The position numbers and the translations under genes were made by a program. Positions 61,931 to 64,000 of a DNA stretch of 64,000 bases are shown here, piece by piece. Source of the DNA: an uncultured delta proteobacterium (GTDB lineage Bacteria; Desulfobacterota; RBG-13-43-22); contig CAVUPH010000019.1 in assembly GCA_963743305.1 (NCBI GenBank), forward strand, positions 1 through 64,000. Direction: 5' to 3'. Every line of letters starts with the position of its first letter. Within the stretch, counting starts at the first letter, position 1. A model generated the notes under the pieces. It did no database searches and was not told where the DNA came from. It was given only the letters and a program-made list of their open reading frames with translations.

Positions 61931-63440
61931 ATGAAAATGAAGTCCAAGATTTCTATGATTTTAATTTTAATAGGTTTAGCGTTGGGAGGATTCAGCAGCG
62001 CTTTTGGATCAAGTAGCTTTACGACCTCCTTTAATAATGCGAATGGGACCTCCTATGGGTGCAACCTTTGCCATATCAGTACCTCAGCCCCGAACTACAC
62101 TCGGAATCAATTCGGGTTAGACTGGGCCAATGCATCCATAGGAAATCGTTCCTATACTATTACTACAGCGCTTGCGAATCGGGATTCCGATGGCGACGGC
62201 TACTTTAATGGCGATGAAATCCTGGCTAAAACAAACCCTGGAGATGCTGCCAGCTTTCCAACCGGGGGGACGGCTGACACCACCCTGCCGGTGGTTTCGG
62301 TTTTCACCATCCCGTCCAGTTCTTCATCCCTGGTCGTGCCGATTAGCGCCATTGCCGCCACGGACAATGTGGGGGTGACCGGGTACCTGGTCAACGAAAG
62401 CCCGACCAAACCGGCAGCGGGGAACTGGCCCGCTGCGGCTCCCACGAGCTATACCTTTTCCAGCGCCGGGGCCAAGACGCTCTACGCCTGGGCCCGGGAT
62501 GCGGCCGGGAATGTCTCCAACGTCCTGAGTTCGGGAAGGAGCGTGAGCATCACCTTGGCGGATGCGACCTTGCCGGTGGTTTCGGCTTTCATCGTCCCGG
62601 CCACTTCTGCTACCCTGGTCGTACCGATTACCACCTTCACCGCCACGGATAACGTGGGGGTAACCGGGTACCTGGTCAACGAAAGCGCGACCAAACCGGC
62701 AGCGGGGAACTGGCCCGCTACGGCTCCCACGAGCTACACCTTTGCCGGCACCGGGGCCAAGACGCTCTATGCCTGGGCCAGGGATGCCGCAGGAAACGTC
62801 TCCAATAGTCTGAGCGGGACCGTGACCATCGACACCGGCAGCGCGATCGACGTCGAATCTCCCGAGGTAATGGAATTCACCCTCCCCCTGACCAGTACTT
62901 CGCTCACTGTGCCGATCCTGGCCTTCCGGGCCATCGATAACATCGATGCCGTCGCCTACCTGATCACCACCACCCCCACGGAGCCTGCCGCCAACGCCCA
63001 GGGCTGGAGAGCCACTCCCCCCCGAGCTATACCTTTACTTCCGGGGGCGCGAAGACACTTTACGGCTGGGCCAAGGACGCGGCCGGGAACATCTCGGAAA
63101 GTATCTGGGACAACGTGGTCATAACGAGTTCCGTCGATACGGCACGGCCGGCGATCACGTCCTTCAGGATTCCCAGTACCTCCAGTTCTTTAACTGTGCC
63201 GATTCAGCGATTCATCGCCACGGACAACATCGCCGTGACCGGTTATCTGGTAACCACCACCGCGACCAGACCCGCTTCGTCCGACTCCAGGTGGAAGGCC
63301 ACACCCCCACCAGCTATACCTTTAGTTCCACGGGAAGAAAAAGGCTTTACCCCTGGGCTAAAGACGCGGCCGGAAATGTTTCGACCTACCGGTATTCAAC
63401 GGTGAATGTTTCAGGCAACGATCACGGAGGAGATGATTAA
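61931..63440 (+). CDS. Secreted monoheme cytochrome c-like protein with four tandem ~95-aa beta-rich (Ig-like) repeats; frameshifts in C runs near 63020 and 63305
   Basis: Signal peptide, CNLCH, DSDGDGYFNGDE..TNPGD, then repeats of DTTLPVVS.F.IP...SL.VPI....ATDNVGVTGYLV......YTF...G.KTLY.WA.DAAGNVS; ends NDHGGDD*. Confidence 0.8.
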
Positions 63441-63733
63441 ATCTTATCCCGAAAGAGAAAACCATTCACCCCGCTGAGCGGATCTATGAAGTATCTTCCT
63501 CTTTGATAGAGGGGAAGGTACTCGGGGGGAGGCGGCAGAGTAGTCCTAAGGTGGGCTTCTCTGTCGCCTTTTTTTAGGGGCCGGTTTTAGTTTGGAGATA
63601 ATCCCGACGATAGGTTCATCAGACCGTACCCTCCAATGAAAAACTCAGGACATATTACCCTTGAACTTTTAGGAGGGTTCCTCTAACTTAGCGAAAAGAT
63701 ATTGATCCCGGAGATTTTTTTGCGGAAACGGGG

Positions 63734-64000
63734 ATGAAACCTGATTCAGGAATTGGAAATCCACTGCGAATTCCCGCCGTGGAATTGAGCTTCGAATTTT
63801 TCAGGGCCTCGGGACCGGGCGGCCAGAATGTCAACAAAGTGGCCACCGCCGTCCGATTGCGGTTTGATGTCCTGACGGTCCCCCTCCCTGACCGAGCCCC
63901 AACGAGCGCGGCTCATCCGGTTGGCCGGCCACAAGTTGACCGAGGGGGGGAACTCCTGATCGAGTCTCGACGCTTCCGCACCCAGGAGGCCAACCGGAAG
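63734..64000 (+). CDS. arfB: Alternative ribosome rescue peptidyl-tRNA hydrolase (partial)
   Basis: FFRASGPGGQNVNKVATAVRLRFD...RRFRTQEANR; runs off the window. Confidence 0.9.
   Translation, partial: MKPDSGIGNPLRIPAVELSFEFFRASGPGGQNVNKVATAVRLRFDVLTVPLPDRAPTSAAHPVGRPQVDRGGELLIESRRFRTQEANRK

Noticed and set aside
23282-63440. Programmed frameshifting or mass pseudogenisation
   Set aside because: Indels also hit thiC, the PHP gene and the hydrogenase protease, often at homopolymers; sequencing error is the simpler explanation.
1-64000. CRISPR array
   Set aside because: No regularly spaced identical repeats with unique spacers; repeats are dispersed palindromes or coding repeats.

Overview
A GC-rich bacterial chromosomal segment. 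Gene content (ETF/acyl-CoA dehydrogenase/Fe-S oxidoreductase, Tat-exported [NiFe] hydrogenase, paired PEP-synthase-like proteins, likely selenoprotein) points to an anaerobic Desulfobacterota-like (deltaproteobacterial) host; this taxonomy is inference. The sequence has many single-base indels, mostly in 23-39.5 kb, probably long-read consensus errors, so many split ORFs are best read as single genes. Layout: (1) two secreted proteins, one a long beta-propeller repeat protein; (2) a flavin disulfide oxidoreductase whose catalytic Cys codon is an in-frame TGA followed by a SECIS-like hairpin, then glycerate 2-kinase; (3) two PEP-synthase-like proteins lacking the canonical pyruvate-binding domain, interleaved with stand-alone receiver domains; (4) tRNA-Pro and housekeeping/envelope genes up to rimO, whose 3' end is duplicated; (5) a ~16 kb defence island (type III-like Res and Mod, DUF4062-ATPase, AAA ATPase + S8 protease of IetAS type, RelE-like/UvrD helicase, AlbA protein, MntA-HepT, a small Cys-rich ORF, a Panacea antitoxin); (6) ispB, lon, hsp20, thiD(N), thiC, birA; (7) a degenerate PAS histidine kinase, Fe-S oxidoreductase-etfBA-acyl-CoA dehydrogenase; (8) a hydrogenase operon with two sigma-54-type promoters ending in a monoheme cytochrome c with four tandem repeats; partial arfB. 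Several palindromic repeat families and a two-copy MITE-like element are scattered through the window. The best candidates for something new are the dikinase/receiver module, the hydrogenase-linked repeat cytochrome and the coupled IetAS/RelE-UvrD/RM island. No database searches were run; family names come from motif recognition.
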